IMG/VR virus record: IMGVR_UViG_3300032272_000065
Location: 1 to 25,910 of that record
From: a virus
Taxonomy: Duplodnaviria > Caudoviricetes
DNA: 25,910 bases
Direction: 5' to 3' (one strand)
The position numbers were made by a program, and so were the translations under genes. Below, piece after piece: positions 1-9,776 of the stretch. Each line of letters starts with the position of its first letter. Position 1 is the first letter of the stretch. The notes under the pieces were generated by a model. It saw nothing but the letters and a program-made list of their open reading frames with translations, had not been told where the DNA came from and ran no database searches.

Positions 1-233
1 AAGCCACAACCGACTTTATTGAGATGCTTTCAGAGCATGGCCGGGTGGTTGGTATGCCTGCTGATATCATAAGAACATCGAAAGAGGCTGAAGAGTATTT
101 AGCCGGGATCCAGGCGGCAGAGAAAAAGGCAGCGGAACAGCAGCAAGCACTAGAGGCGGCTAAAGTTGGAGCGGCTACCCCTGGCGACCAATCAGCACAA
201 CTTGAAAACCTTAGCCAACAGTTAGGTGTTTAA
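1..233 (+). CDS. Portal (head-tail connector) protein, C-terminal part, truncated by window start
   Basis: Frame open from position 3 (ATTDFIEMLSEH...); GMPADIIRTSKEAEE followed by a Q/A-rich tail resembles C-termini of BPP-1/T7-type portals; lies upstream of scaffold and capsid. Confidence 0.7.
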   Translation, partial: ATTDFIEMLSEHGRVVGMPADIIRTSKEAEEYLAGIQAAEKKAAEQQQALEAAKVGAATPGDQSAQLENLSQQLGV

Positions 234-580
234 TGAATAACGGAATGGATTTCATGTTTGACTCAGACGGTGAGCCATTGTTCCAAGCTGACTTCGCTAA
301 GTTGAATGCTGAAGAGGCAGAGAAACACAAGATAGAGCTGAGAAGGTGGAAAGAAGACTTTAAAGACACCTTTACCACTACAGCACATGGTAGGCGTGTT
401 TTATGGTGGTTAATTCACGAGACGCATATGTTTAGAAGCTGCACTCAGTTCAACGCTGGTGCATATGCAGTATTAGCCAAACAACAGATAGGTAATGATA
501 TTGCCTCAATCATAGGGACTGAGCAATTATTAGCATCATTAATAGCAGTAAAGAAAGAGAATGGAGATACAGATGAGTGA
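233..580 (+). CDS. Bbp19-like small head-module protein
   Basis: F-x-T-x-x-x-GRRVLWWL motif; position between portal and scaffold. Confidence 0.6.
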   Translation: MNNGMDFMFDSDGEPLFQADFAKLNAEEAEKHKIELRRWKEDFKDTFTTTAHGRRVLWWLIHETHMFRSCTQFNAGAYAVLAKQQIGNDIASIIGTEQLLASLIAVKKENGDTDE

Positions 581-1217
581 TGAACAGAACATCCAGCTTA
601 ACAGCGGTGATGATGCTGGGACTAACGAATCTTTTCTCAGTGGAATCGAAAACGAGGAGTTAAGAGCCAACGAAATGTTGCAGGGTTATACCAGTGACGA
701 AGGTGGTGGTCTTGATAAACTCGCAAGTGATTTCATTGAAATGAAGAACGGTCAGCCAGTAATACCAGAGAGTGCCGAAGCTTACGAGTTTGAAGCACCT
801 GAAGGTATGCACGAAGCAATGGTGCAAGGTTATAACGACTTAAAATCATTCGCCCATGAAAACAACTTGCCGCAAGAGACTTACAATAAGTTGATTGAGT
901 TTGACCAGGCAAGGTTGGCTAAAATCACAGCTGATATGAAACAGGTAACTTCTGAGTCTATTGACGCTATGAAAGCGGAACTCGGCGACAAATATGATGA
1001 AACCCACGCTAAAGTAGACAAGCTGGTCAAGGCAGTAGGCGGGGAAGAGTTAATGAATGATTTTGAATTAGGCAACAATCCTAAACTGTTTAGGGTTCTT
1101 GCTAAACTGGCGGACTCAATTTCCGAGGATAGTATTATACTTGGGGGTTCAGGCCCACAGAAAAACAATAACGTAGGCGCAGATGGCCAGAAGGTCATCG
1201 CTTACGAAAATATGTAG
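573..1217 (+). CDS. Capsid scaffolding/assembly protein
   Basis: Acidic helical protein with PESAEAYEF and LGNNPKLFRVLAKLA...ISED motifs; directly before the capsid gene; GGAG at 563-566 favours the ATG at 573. Confidence 0.75.
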   Translation: MSDEQNIQLNSGDDAGTNESFLSGIENEELRANEMLQGYTSDEGGGLDKLASDFIEMKNGQPVIPESAEAYEFEAPEGMHEAMVQGYNDLKSFAHENNLPQETYNKLIEFDQARLAKITADMKQVTSESIDAMKAELGDKYDETHAKVDKLVKAVGGEELMNDFELGNNPKLFRVLAKLADSISEDSIILGGSGPQKNNNVGADGQKVIAYENM

Positions 1218-1249
1218 GCTCACTCCCCCTTAATTAAAGGGAGTAAATT

Positions 1250-2215
1250 ATGACAACTCAAACAGCAAATAGTTTAACATTAGTAGAGGTCGCGAAACGG
1301 CATGGGCCAGACGGTAACATGCTTACCATCGTTGAGGCTCTCGCAGAAGAGAACTATATTCTGCAGGACTCGCAATGGCGCGAAGCAAACGATACTTTTA
1401 GCCATACGACCACCAGGCGTTCGTCCGAGCCTGCCGGTTCATGGCGTAAGTTGAATGCCGGTGTTGCTACTGAAAAGAGCGATACTACCCAGGTCAAGGA
1501 TGTAATCGGTATTCTAGAGACTCTTGCCAAGAATGATGTTGAGGCTATCAAGGCTTTCAAGAACCCTGCACAGGCCCGTTCTGATGAGGCAATGGCTTTT
1601 GTGTCCGGTCTTGGTAAGACTATGGCATCTACCCAGATCTATGGCAACACCAACACCAACCCAGAGCGGTTTACTGGTTTGGCTCCACGGCTTTCATCTA
1701 TCAGCGCAACTACCAACGTACTGAACGAAGGTGGAACCGGTTCAGACTTAACCAGTATATATGTGGTTGATTGGGGTGTGAATACTTGCCACATGCTCTA
1801 CCCAAGGAACTCCAAGGTAGGTTTGGAGCATAAAGATCTTGGTACTCTGCTTGTGACTGATATCGGTAGCAACGAGTTTGAGGCTTATGTTGATAAATTC
1901 ACCTGGAAAGCTGGTCTTGCGGTTAAGAACAACAAGAGTATTGGTCGTTTGGCTAATATTGAGACTTCTGGTTCAACCAACATCTTTGATGAAGATAACC
2001 TGATTACTCTCCTTAACCGGATGACTAAGGGCATGGGCCGTAAAATCTATTGCAATGAAACCATCATGACCCAGATGGAGATTAGGTTGAAAGACAAGTC
2101 CAACGTCAACTTTACTTTTGACCAAGGATTGGCGCCAGGTATGAATATGAACTTCAAGAAGACTCCTATTCGTCAGGTTGACCAGATTCTTGATACCGAG
2201 GCTGCATTGACCTAG
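1250..2215 (+). CDS. Major capsid protein (BPP-1 Bbp17-like)
   Basis: 321 aa; LTLVEVAKR start, EAN..FSH, WRKLNAGV, YGN....PERFTGLAPR, GGTGSDLTSIY, and C-terminal PIRQVDQILDTEA; GGGAG RBS. Confidence 0.92.
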   Translation: MTTQTANSLTLVEVAKRHGPDGNMLTIVEALAEENYILQDSQWREANDTFSHTTTRRSSEPAGSWRKLNAGVATEKSDTTQVKDVIGILETLAKNDVEAIKAFKNPAQARSDEAMAFVSGLGKTMASTQIYGNTNTNPERFTGLAPRLSSISATTNVLNEGGTGSDLTSIYVVDWGVNTCHMLYPRNSKVGLEHKDLGTLLVTDIGSNEFEAYVDKFTWKAGLAVKNNKSIGRLANIETSGSTNIFDEDNLITLLNRMTKGMGRKIYCNETIMTQMEIRLKDKSNVNFTFDQGLAPGMNMNFKKTPIRQVDQILDTEAALT

Positions 2216-2274
2216 AGTACCATCTTGACTGGTGGCACTTGTTTTTTTATTAAATAACATGATGGAGGTAAATC

Positions 2275-2712
2275 ATGTCCGTATTAGATAGAGCTTTAGA
2301 ATTATCCGATGCACAGTCAGTAGCACTTAGTTCTACTGCTACAGTGTATTCAACAGATGTAATTGACATGCGTACCGGTCAGACTGATGGCTGGGGTACT
2401 GCCATATCTCCCGATATGGGGAATATGGTCCTCAATGTTGAGGTGAGTACTGCTTTGGTTGGTGCTGGTGGTACTCTCACCCCTGCGCTGTTAACCAAGG
2501 CGGCTGATGCTTCCTTGAGTTCAGGTGCTACCACCTTAGTTACCCTTGAGACTATTGCTGCAACTGCCGCTATCGGTACAGTTCGTCAGTATAAGTTCCC
2601 TGTAGGGTTTACTTGCCTGCGTTATTTGGGGCTTGGTTATACCGGTGGAGCTACCATTAGTGCCGGCAACGTGAATGCGTGGATCAGCCTGGACAACGAA
2701 GTAACTGATTAA
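2275..2712 (+). CDS. Capsid cement/decoration protein (Bbp16-like)
   Basis: LD..LELSDAQ...STDVID N-terminus and LRYLGLGY...AGNVNAWI C-terminus; follows the capsid gene; GGAGG RBS. Confidence 0.8.
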   Translation: MSVLDRALELSDAQSVALSSTATVYSTDVIDMRTGQTDGWGTAISPDMGNMVLNVEVSTALVGAGGTLTPALLTKAADASLSSGATTLVTLETIAATAAIGTVRQYKFPVGFTCLRYLGLGYTGGATISAGNVNAWISLDNEVTD

Positions 2713-2721
2713 TCATGATGG

Positions 2722-2750
2722 GGGGTGGCCTTAACGGGCTGCCCCTTGAT
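2722..2750 (+). terminator. Possible leaky terminator/stem-loop after head genes
   Basis: GGGGTGGCCT-TAAC-GGGCTGCCCC stem with G:U pairs, followed by a weak T tract. Confidence 0.4.
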
Positions 2751-2765
2751 CTATAGCGAGGTAAC

Positions 2766-3527
2766 ATGGAACAACCATCATTTTTAGATAGCTTAAACGC
2801 CTTTGATGTCATTGATACGTTCGGTGATTTATTCGAGAGGGGTTGGGTAATATCGAAAGATACCGGCAAGATTACAGCTAGATCAACGGCTATTGACCAT
2901 AATCGGAAGTGGATATACACCAATCCAGACCCTAACCGTGATTGCGGTATGATGATGGAGATATTTAACAGGCTAGGATTCACCCCCTCACGCTGCCGTG
3001 AATGCTGGAAAGTCGTTGTTAAGATGCAGACGGTTAAACAGCTTCTTGCCCTGTATGAGTTCCAGAAGGAATTTACGAAGAAGAGTAAAGGGTCAGCTCG
3101 GTTCTGTAAGTGTGGGATAGAACAAAGGGCCTATGTTCATTACCAATACGGCGGGTATTTCTACTGCGACTCACTCGACCAGGGGCAGAAACGTTACAAA
3201 GAAGTTCGTGACGCAGTTAACAAGATCGACCCAACCATTGAAGTAACGCTTAAACGTGGCTGTACCGAGATGGAGATTAAGAACGGGTCCACTAAAACCG
3301 ATGAAAAACCAGCCTACGCCGAAGAAATTGAACGGCATATTGACGAGGCTTTTGATTATAGGAATATAAATGTAGAGCAACCACCCTATCTAATCAAGCA
3401 TATCCTTAAAGAATGGCTTTTATTTGCTTGGGATAGGGGCGACAAAACCGCAATTGAATTTAACAACGGAAAACCGTTTTATACTCAGTGCGTAACTTAC
3501 CACGAGGAGGCAGGAACCAATGAGTGA
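2766..3527 (+). CDS. Hypothetical Cys-containing protein (CRECWK, FCKCG, KRGC)
   Basis: 253 aa ORF with GAGGT RBS, co-oriented and overlapping the next gene. Confidence 0.8.
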   Translation: MEQPSFLDSLNAFDVIDTFGDLFERGWVISKDTGKITARSTAIDHNRKWIYTNPDPNRDCGMMMEIFNRLGFTPSRCRECWKVVVKMQTVKQLLALYEFQKEFTKKSKGSARFCKCGIEQRAYVHYQYGGYFYCDSLDQGQKRYKEVRDAVNKIDPTIEVTLKRGCTEMEIKNGSTKTDEKPAYAEEIERHIDEAFDYRNINVEQPPYLIKHILKEWLLFAWDRGDKTAIEFNNGKPFYTQCVTYHEEAGTNE

Positions 3528-4014
3528 ATATGTATGTCATAAGGAATGTTATTACATGGAAACGCATTTCAAAGCGGGTGACCCATTACCAGGTGGCCTT
3601 GAGCCAAACAAGCATTTCAAGAGGCTTGGCGAGGTAATTGCAGAGGATAGGCCAGCTATTACAGCCGGTGACGATATTAGGTCAACTGATGAGATCAGGG
3701 CCAGCCTTAAAGAACTTGGCGAGAAAGTCAAGGAAGGGACGAGCCGGAAAGTCATGTGGGCGCGAGAGAAGTTCCTGAAGGGCCAGACCTTCGTTAAACC
3801 TACTGTTACACTTGAAGAACTTGGGGATGATGTTGACCCATCAACTCTCAAGCCATTCGGTGAAATGACACCTGACGAGCTACAAGGGAAAACCTGTAAG
3901 GAAATTGCCGAGCATTGCATGGCTAAGTATGGCGAGAAAGTGCCACATACCGGCATATCAAAAGCCGACCTTATCATTAAGGTGTGTGCTATTGAGGAAC
4001 AAAAGGGGCAGTAA
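3520..4014 (+). CDS. Hypothetical protein, possible C-terminal Rho-N/HeH-like helical motif
   Basis: 164 aa; GGAGG/AGGA RBS; C-terminal KTCKEIAEHC...GISKADLIIKV pattern. Confidence 0.65.
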   Translation: MSEYVCHKECYYMETHFKAGDPLPGGLEPNKHFKRLGEVIAEDRPAITAGDDIRSTDEIRASLKELGEKVKEGTSRKVMWAREKFLKGQTFVKPTVTLEELGDDVDPSTLKPFGEMTPDELQGKTCKEIAEHCMAKYGEKVPHTGISKADLIIKVCAIEEQKGQ

Positions 4015-4611
4015 ATGGCTAGTCAAACAAGCATAGCTAACAGGGCATTAGCAGAACTTGGCATCACGTTAATATCATCTGTGACCGATGGCAGTAAATC
4101 AGCTAACCTCATCAATGAGGTATGGGATGATATGGTAATTGAGGTTCTTGAATCCCACCGGTGGAGTTTTGCTAAAAAGTGGGTAGCTGTTGCCGTTGAT
4201 GCCTCCTATACCTTTATAGACGAGGATTGGGACTATGCTTATGCGAAGCCGTCTGATTATGTCAGGATGAGCAAGCTCGAAGAACGAACGTCAAACTTCG
4301 CTATCCGTGGCGAGTACATAATGTCTAATCTAAGCTCACCGCTGAACTTTGAGTATATATACAACCTGACCGATACCACCAAATGGCCGCAGCATTTTAT
4401 CAACGCTATTATCGGTAAGCTCAAATCTATAATTGCAACTCCATTAGTGGTTAAGCGTGGCAATAAAACAAACGAAGATTTTCTAGCTATCTATCTTGAG
4501 GTTATCTTGCCAAAAGCTAAGTCAAGGGATGGTGAAGAGGGCTACGGAGAGAGCGACATTGACAAAGGCAAGCACGTTGAATCAAATGATACTTGGTTGC
4601 AGTCTCGATGA
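4015..4611 (+). CDS. Tail tubular protein A / head-tail adaptor (T7 gp11-like)
   Basis: IANRALAELG...I, VLESHRWSFAKK and YAYAKPSDY motifs; precedes the nozzle gene. Confidence 0.85.
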   Translation: MASQTSIANRALAELGITLISSVTDGSKSANLINEVWDDMVIEVLESHRWSFAKKWVAVAVDASYTFIDEDWDYAYAKPSDYVRMSKLEERTSNFAIRGEYIMSNLSSPLNFEYIYNLTDTTKWPQHFINAIIGKLKSIIATPLVVKRGNKTNEDFLAIYLEVILPKAKSRDGEEGYGESDIDKGKHVESNDTWLQSR

Positions 4612-7376
4612 AAGTCGTACAAACCTCATTTAGCGCAGGGGAGTTATCCCCACAAGCCTATGGCCGGTCTGACCTGGCAAAATATCAGTCAGGATTACAG
4701 AAGTGTCAAGGTTTTATCCCACTAGTCCACGGGCCTTTAACTAAGCGTGGCGGGTGGGAACATCGCATTAGGGTAAAAGACCACAGCAAAAAAGTTAGGT
4801 TGTTTGGGTTTGACCACAGCGCGACAAATTCCTATATATTAGAGTTTGGCGATTTATATGTTCGATTTCATAAGCCTAGTGGTCAGATTGTCGCAAACGG
4901 GCCGACCAATATAACCGCAGCAACCAAGGCAAATCCGGTTGTTATTACTGCCGGAGCTCATGGTTATTCCGATGGCGATATTGTCTTTATCCAGAATGTT
5001 TTAGGAATGACCGAGTTAAACGGTAATGAATACACAGTAGCAAACAAGGCCACCAATACATTTGAATTGTCTGGCGTTGATGGTACTGCTTACACTGCTT
5101 ATACAAGCGGAGGAACAACGCAAGAGCCTTATTCGATTTCTACCCCTTACACTGAAGCGCAATTGGATGATCTTGATTTTGAAACCTCTGGTGATACTCT
5201 GTGGATAGCACACGGCAGCCATAAGCCAGCACAGTTATTGAGGACAAGTGACGCGTCATGGGCCTTTTCGTATTTAACATTTACTAACGGGCCGCTTAAT
5301 AAAGAAAACGCTACAGATACACAGCTTAAATCTACTCTTGTTCTATCCGGTTCTGCAAAAGCAATCAACGGTATATCATTAACAAATCCATGTGTAATCA
5401 ATACCACTACAGCTCACGGGCTGGTTAAAGGTAACTCTGTTTATCTATATGATATTGTCGGCACCGATGAACTAAACATAACGACACATTATATAGTTGG
5501 AGATGTCGCCGCAAATTCGTTCGAGCTTGAAGGGATAGATGCAAGAGGTTACACGGCGTGGACTAGCGGAGGCTTTGCCGAAGCGACAACCTATCCATTA
5601 GGGATAATAATAGCCACATCTACAACCGGTATCAACGGCGGGTCTGGTTTTACTGCAAGTGATGTCGGAAGATTGATTTCTATATACCATACAGAAGGCA
5701 CAGAATCGGAGATAGGTGTTGCTGAAATTACTTCTATCTCAAGCACTGTTAATGTTGGTGTAACAGTAACAAAAGACTTTTTAAAGTATTGGGATTCAGG
5801 ATCAACCGCATGGCGTTTAGGTGCTTGGAGAGCTGCTGACGGTTGGCCAGAACAAGTAGAACTGAACAACGAGAGGTTATGTTTCGCTAAAACAGCTACA
5901 TGGCCCTTGAGAATATGGTTATCAGCTACCGGTCTATATTACACTCATGAAATAAACGCTGTTCCTGCCGATGATGACGCTATTGACGTTGAACTTGGCG
6001 GCAGACAGGCCAATGAGATTGAATGGCTGTTAAGCGGTGGCAAGTTTGCGGTCGGTACTAACGGAGCCGAGTATTGGCTTGCCGACTCGTCTGGTGGTGG
6101 TGCAATCACTAACACGAGCAGACAGGCGGTAGTAGGGTCGCGGGACGGGGCTGGGACAACCAAGCCGATAATGGCCGGAAGCACTCTCCTTTTCATGATG
6201 AAGCATAACAAGGCGTTAAAAGAGCTGAGATATTCTCTTGAATCGGATTCGTATGCAGGCGAGATATTAACGGCATTAGCGGAGCATCTTACAAGAGACA
6301 ACACCATAACAGAAATGGCCTTTCAGAGTGAACCTTACAGGGTGCTATGGTGCAGGCGAGACGATGGGACATTACTAGGTCTGACTTACTACCCTGAACA
6401 TGATGTATTTGGGTGGCACGTTCATCCAGCGGTTGGAACTGATGCAGATATAGAGCGTATAACTGTAGTCCCTGGCACCACTTACGACGAGCTTTTTGCC
6501 GTGATAAAGAGAACTATAAACGGCAGTACAGTGCGTTATATTGAAAGGCTTGCTGATGTATTTACCGGAGCTGATACCGATGATGCAACTTTCCTTGACT
6601 CTTACCTGACATTAGATAACCGACAAACGGTAACTAGCATATCATATGCTGACCCAGGCGTTATCACATTAGCCGCTCATGGTTATACCGACGGAGATAC
6701 GGTAACATTCCGCACCTCTGATAGACTATTTGATTATACCACTAGCTTACATTACGAAGACTATACCGTTGCACATAAAGCGACGAATACATTTCAGCTA
6801 CATGATTCAGAAGGCAATGACGTTGACCTAACGTCATTTAACCCGGCCAGCAGAACACCAGCACAAACTTTGACAATAACGGTAGCTAAGAAGGTTACTT
6901 TAATTACAGGATTAGACCATTTAGAGGGCGAGACTGTAGGCTGTTTGGCAGACGGTGCCGACGATGGCGAATACACCGTGTCTAATGGTAGTATAACTCT
7001 AGGGTCTAGTGCTAGTTTGGTTTGTGTTGGGAAGACCTACGAGGCCGACGCACAGCTATTTACCCCAGGATATTCCGATCAGCAAAGAGCAATACCTGCG
7101 GCTAAGAAAACAATCAAGGGAGTAATATTCCAGTTATACAAAACACTTGGCCTCAAGTTTGGGCAGAGATTTGCTAGTGGGTTATACGACATTCCGTTTG
7201 GTGATAGTAACGACACCAATTTAGGCCGTTCTGCTCCGTTACAAGATGGTTTAACCGATGAATATGAAATGGAGTGTGACACCGAGAGAGGTGTTAATCT
7301 CTGCATAAGAAGTGACCAGCCTTTGCCATGCACTATTCTAGCTGTTTATCAAGAAGTTGAGAGTGAGAAAGACTGA
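4608..7376 (+). CDS. Tail tubular protein B / nozzle (T7 gp12-like) with three FCCH-like beta inserts
   Basis: QTSFSAGELSP..GRSDL.KY, GPLTKRGG, LEFGDLYVRF, GLDHLEGETV..LADG and DQPLPCTILA; ATGA overlap with the upstream stop at 4608-4611. Confidence 0.92.
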   Translation: MKVVQTSFSAGELSPQAYGRSDLAKYQSGLQKCQGFIPLVHGPLTKRGGWEHRIRVKDHSKKVRLFGFDHSATNSYILEFGDLYVRFHKPSGQIVANGPTNITAATKANPVVITAGAHGYSDGDIVFIQNVLGMTELNGNEYTVANKATNTFELSGVDGTAYTAYTSGGTTQEPYSISTPYTEAQLDDLDFETSGDTLWIAHGSHKPAQLLRTSDASWAFSYLTFTNGPLNKENATDTQLKSTLVLSGSAKAINGISLTNPCVINTTTAHGLVKGNSVYLYDIVGTDELNITTHYIVGDVAANSFELEGIDARGYTAWTSGGFAEATTYPLGIIIATSTTGINGGSGFTASDVGRLISIYHTEGTESEIGVAEITSISSTVNVGVTVTKDFLKYWDSGSTAWRLGAWRAADGWPEQVELNNERLCFAKTATWPLRIWLSATGLYYTHEINAVPADDDAIDVELGGRQANEIEWLLSGGKFAVGTNGAEYWLADSSGGGAITNTSRQAVVGSRDGAGTTKPIMAGSTLLFMMKHNKALKELRYSLESDSYAGEILTALAEHLTRDNTITEMAFQSEPYRVLWCRRDDGTLLGLTYYPEHDVFGWHVHPAVGTDADIERITVVPGTTYDELFAVIKRTINGSTVRYIERLADVFTGADTDDATFLDSYLTLDNRQTVTSISYADPGVITLAAHGYTDGDTVTFRTSDRLFDYTTSLHYEDYTVAHKATNTFQLHDSEGNDVDLTSFNPASRTPAQTLTITVAKKVTLITGLDHLEGETVGCLADGADDGEYTVSNGSITLGSSASLVCVGKTYEADAQLFTPGYSDQQRAIPAAKKTIKGVIFQLYKTLGLKFGQRFASGLYDIPFGDSNDTNLGRSAPLQDGLTDEYEMECDTERGVNLCIRSDQPLPCTILAVYQEVESEKD

Positions 7377-7930
7377 TGGTACTAAACGTAGAAGATGCCT
7401 TTGATATTGACTTTGATACACTTGGGTTGGCTAGAAATCCCGCTACCGATGCAACACCAAGCACAACCACGAGTTTTAATTTGAGTTCATTGTTGACAGC
7501 CTCGCAGGGGATAACCTCTCTGGCTAGTATGTATGTAACGTCACAAGCCTCAAAGATTAGGCAGTTGACGTATGAGCATAACGCAATAATGGCCGAACAT
7601 GCTAAATACTGGATTGATAGAGCGGTAGCCGCAGATGTCGCCACGGTAAGAGAACAGGGTCGGCAGATATTAGGCACTGCTAGGGTCGCCGGTGCTTCCT
7701 CTGGATTTGCGCTTGACTCGGTATCACAGCAGAACATAGAATCAGCTACTATCCGTTCAGTTGAGCAAGATGTTGCGGCACTTAAAATAGCTGGGGAGGT
7801 TGAGGCTTTTAATCTGTCCTCCGAGGCTTCGGCCTCTCTGGCTGCCGCTTCTGCCGAAGAAAACAGCAGCAATCTACAGAACATTAGCACACTGTTATCG
7901 ACTACCAAAAACATATTGGATGGGATATAA
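7376..7930 (+). CDS. Internal virion (ejection) protein, gp14-like
   Basis: Ala/Ser-rich helical protein with GRQILGTARVAGASSG motif; follows the nozzle gene. Confidence 0.65.
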   Translation: MVLNVEDAFDIDFDTLGLARNPATDATPSTTTSFNLSSLLTASQGITSLASMYVTSQASKIRQLTYEHNAIMAEHAKYWIDRAVAADVATVREQGRQILGTARVAGASSGFALDSVSQQNIESATIRSVEQDVAALKIAGEVEAFNLSSEASASLAAASAEENSSNLQNISTLLSTTKNILDGI

Positions 7931-8112
7931 TGGCACGAATGAGCAAAGAAGAGCTGGCTGATGTTGGTAAGTGGAGCAATAAGTCTCAAGCCTCTAAAGG
8001 TGGTACTGTGAATCATGTGTTAAGCGATGCCGCGAAAGAAACTTATGAAAATATGAAAAAGTATTGCGGCTGCCCTATGGGACAACGATGCGGGTGTAAA
8101 GAATGCCAGTAA
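7930..8112 (+). CDS. Small protein with Cys-rich C-terminus
   Basis: 60 aa ORF filling the gap exactly, TAATG overlap upstream; ends CGCPMGQRCGCKECQ. Confidence 0.55.
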   Translation: MARMSKEELADVGKWSNKSQASKGGTVNHVLSDAAKETYENMKKYCGCPMGQRCGCKECQ

Positions 8113-9776
8113 TCCCTATAAGAGAGAGAACGGTAAGCGATGGCGTCCCAGGTTTAGCTCGGCAAGGTTCAGCTAATACTCAGGTAGTCGACACTAGCAA
8201 CCAGCTTTTAAAGAATGCTAGTGGCATTCTTAACCAGATCCAGACCGAGCGCAACGAAGCAAAGTCCCAAGAGGCTTACAACACCTTTTCAGCAATGAAC
8301 TTGCAAACGGTTTCTGGTATCTCACAGAATTTCAAAGGTGCTGACGCTGTAGATTCTGTACCAAAATATGAAGAATGGTATCAAGAGCAGACAGCCAAGA
8401 CTTTAGAGAGCCTTGAGAACGGGCCACAGAAGAAAGCTTTCCAGGATATGGCAGAACGGGCCAAGAGGGGCAGTGTAAACAGTCTAACCACTCACCAAGC
8501 TACTCAGGCACGAGCGTATCAGAAAACAGTATTTGAAGGTGATATGGCAACGATCAACGCTGAGGTTGGTGTTTACCCTAGCCTTGTTGATGAATATATA
8601 AAAGAAGCTGGCGCGAAGATTGACAAGCAGTTTGCGGGGCTTGACAGTAGGGCCGCCAAACTTAGCAATACAGCCGGTCTTGCCACTACTGCCGCTCTTG
8701 CCTATGCCGAAACTGGTGACATGGAAGGAGCTTTTAAGGTAATAGAAGACTATAAAAAACCTCTTGGCTCCAAGACCTATAATACATTAAAATCAAAGTT
8801 CACGGTCAAGGATGTTAACCAGAAAGCACTTGCCGAGACTAATCTTGTTGCGACAACCCATCCAGACGATTTAAAAGCTCAACTTGCATTTGCGCGAGAG
8901 ACTATTTTTGATGCTGATATCTTGGCCAAGACAGAAAGCAACCTGAAGACCAGAGACACCGAGGCTAAGAAGTTTAAGAAAGAGGCTAACGCTGCACATA
9001 TCAGTAGTCTGACAAATGAAACACTGGACATGATCAAAGGTCAAGCAAGCCAAACAGTAGTTGAGGACGAGATACTTCCCCAGATAGAAGATGGTGGGGA
9101 TAGGCTGAAGATGAAGAAAATGATAGCCGCTCAGTTTAAAGCTGAAGGAAGAGAAACAGACCAGACCGTATTAGACAGTGCTATGGAAGCTATAGATAAC
9201 GCTATTGAGAAAGGGATACCTCTAACTGATGAACAGATAAGGCTAGATTATGATTATGGCCTAAGTGGTGCGGCTAGTAGGCAAGTGAGGGCTTATAATA
9301 AAAGAGCAATAAATAATAATGCCAAAATGGGTGTTAGTTCTGTTAAGACTCAGATAGCTGCTTCATATGATAGTGGGTTGTTTGGGGAGGTTGGAAGTGA
9401 TGCGGCCAAAATAAGGAAGGGCGAGGCTAAAGATGATCTTCAAAAATGGGTTGACGAGAACCCCAAGAGAGACCCTGGCGAGTGGTGGAAATCTAGGAAG
9501 GAAGTATCTATTGCAGAAACAACTGCTGAATCATATAAAACATTTGATGCTTTGTTGAATGATCCGAACGAGTTTAACCCATTTGCAGAAGGTACCCGTG
9601 AAAGAATAGTCAGGGTGTTGGACGAGGATAACGTTTCGCTGGCTACTTACTTCGGTATGAATGAGGATAATGTAGAGCAGTTTATTAATACTCTTGAAGA
9701 TGAAGAGATTGATATTGTACTTAACTCTGAAAAGTTCCTCAAGATTAAAGCGGCTAGACTGAAGGATGAGAATTGA
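8103..9776 (+). CDS. Internal virion (ejection) protein, gp15-like
   Basis: 557 aa helical protein starting MPVIP; position in the ejection module. Confidence 0.7.
   Translation: MPVIPIRERTVSDGVPGLARQGSANTQVVDTSNQLLKNASGILNQIQTERNEAKSQEAYNTFSAMNLQTVSGISQNFKGADAVDSVPKYEEWYQEQTAKTLESLENGPQKKAFQDMAERAKRGSVNSLTTHQATQARAYQKTVFEGDMATINAEVGVYPSLVDEYIKEAGAKIDKQFAGLDSRAAKLSNTAGLATTAALAYAETGDMEGAFKVIEDYKKPLGSKTYNTLKSKFTVKDVNQKALAETNLVATTHPDDLKAQLAFARETIFDADILAKTESNLKTRDTEAKKFKKEANAAHISSLTNETLDMIKGQASQTVVEDEILPQIEDGGDRLKMKKMIAAQFKAEGRETDQTVLDSAMEAIDNAIEKGIPLTDEQIRLDYDYGLSGAASRQVRAYNKRAINNNAKMGVSSVKTQIAASYDSGLFGEVGSDAAKIRKGEAKDDLQKWVDENPKRDPGEWWKSRKEVSIAETTAESYKTFDALLNDPNEFNPFAEGTRERIVRVLDEDNVSLATYFGMNEDNVEQFINTLEDEEIDIVLNSEKFLKIKAARLKDEN

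Noticed and set aside
2216-2252. Terminator after the major capsid gene
   Set aside because: A T7 tract is present but the stem is weak and interrupted; not supportable without folding.
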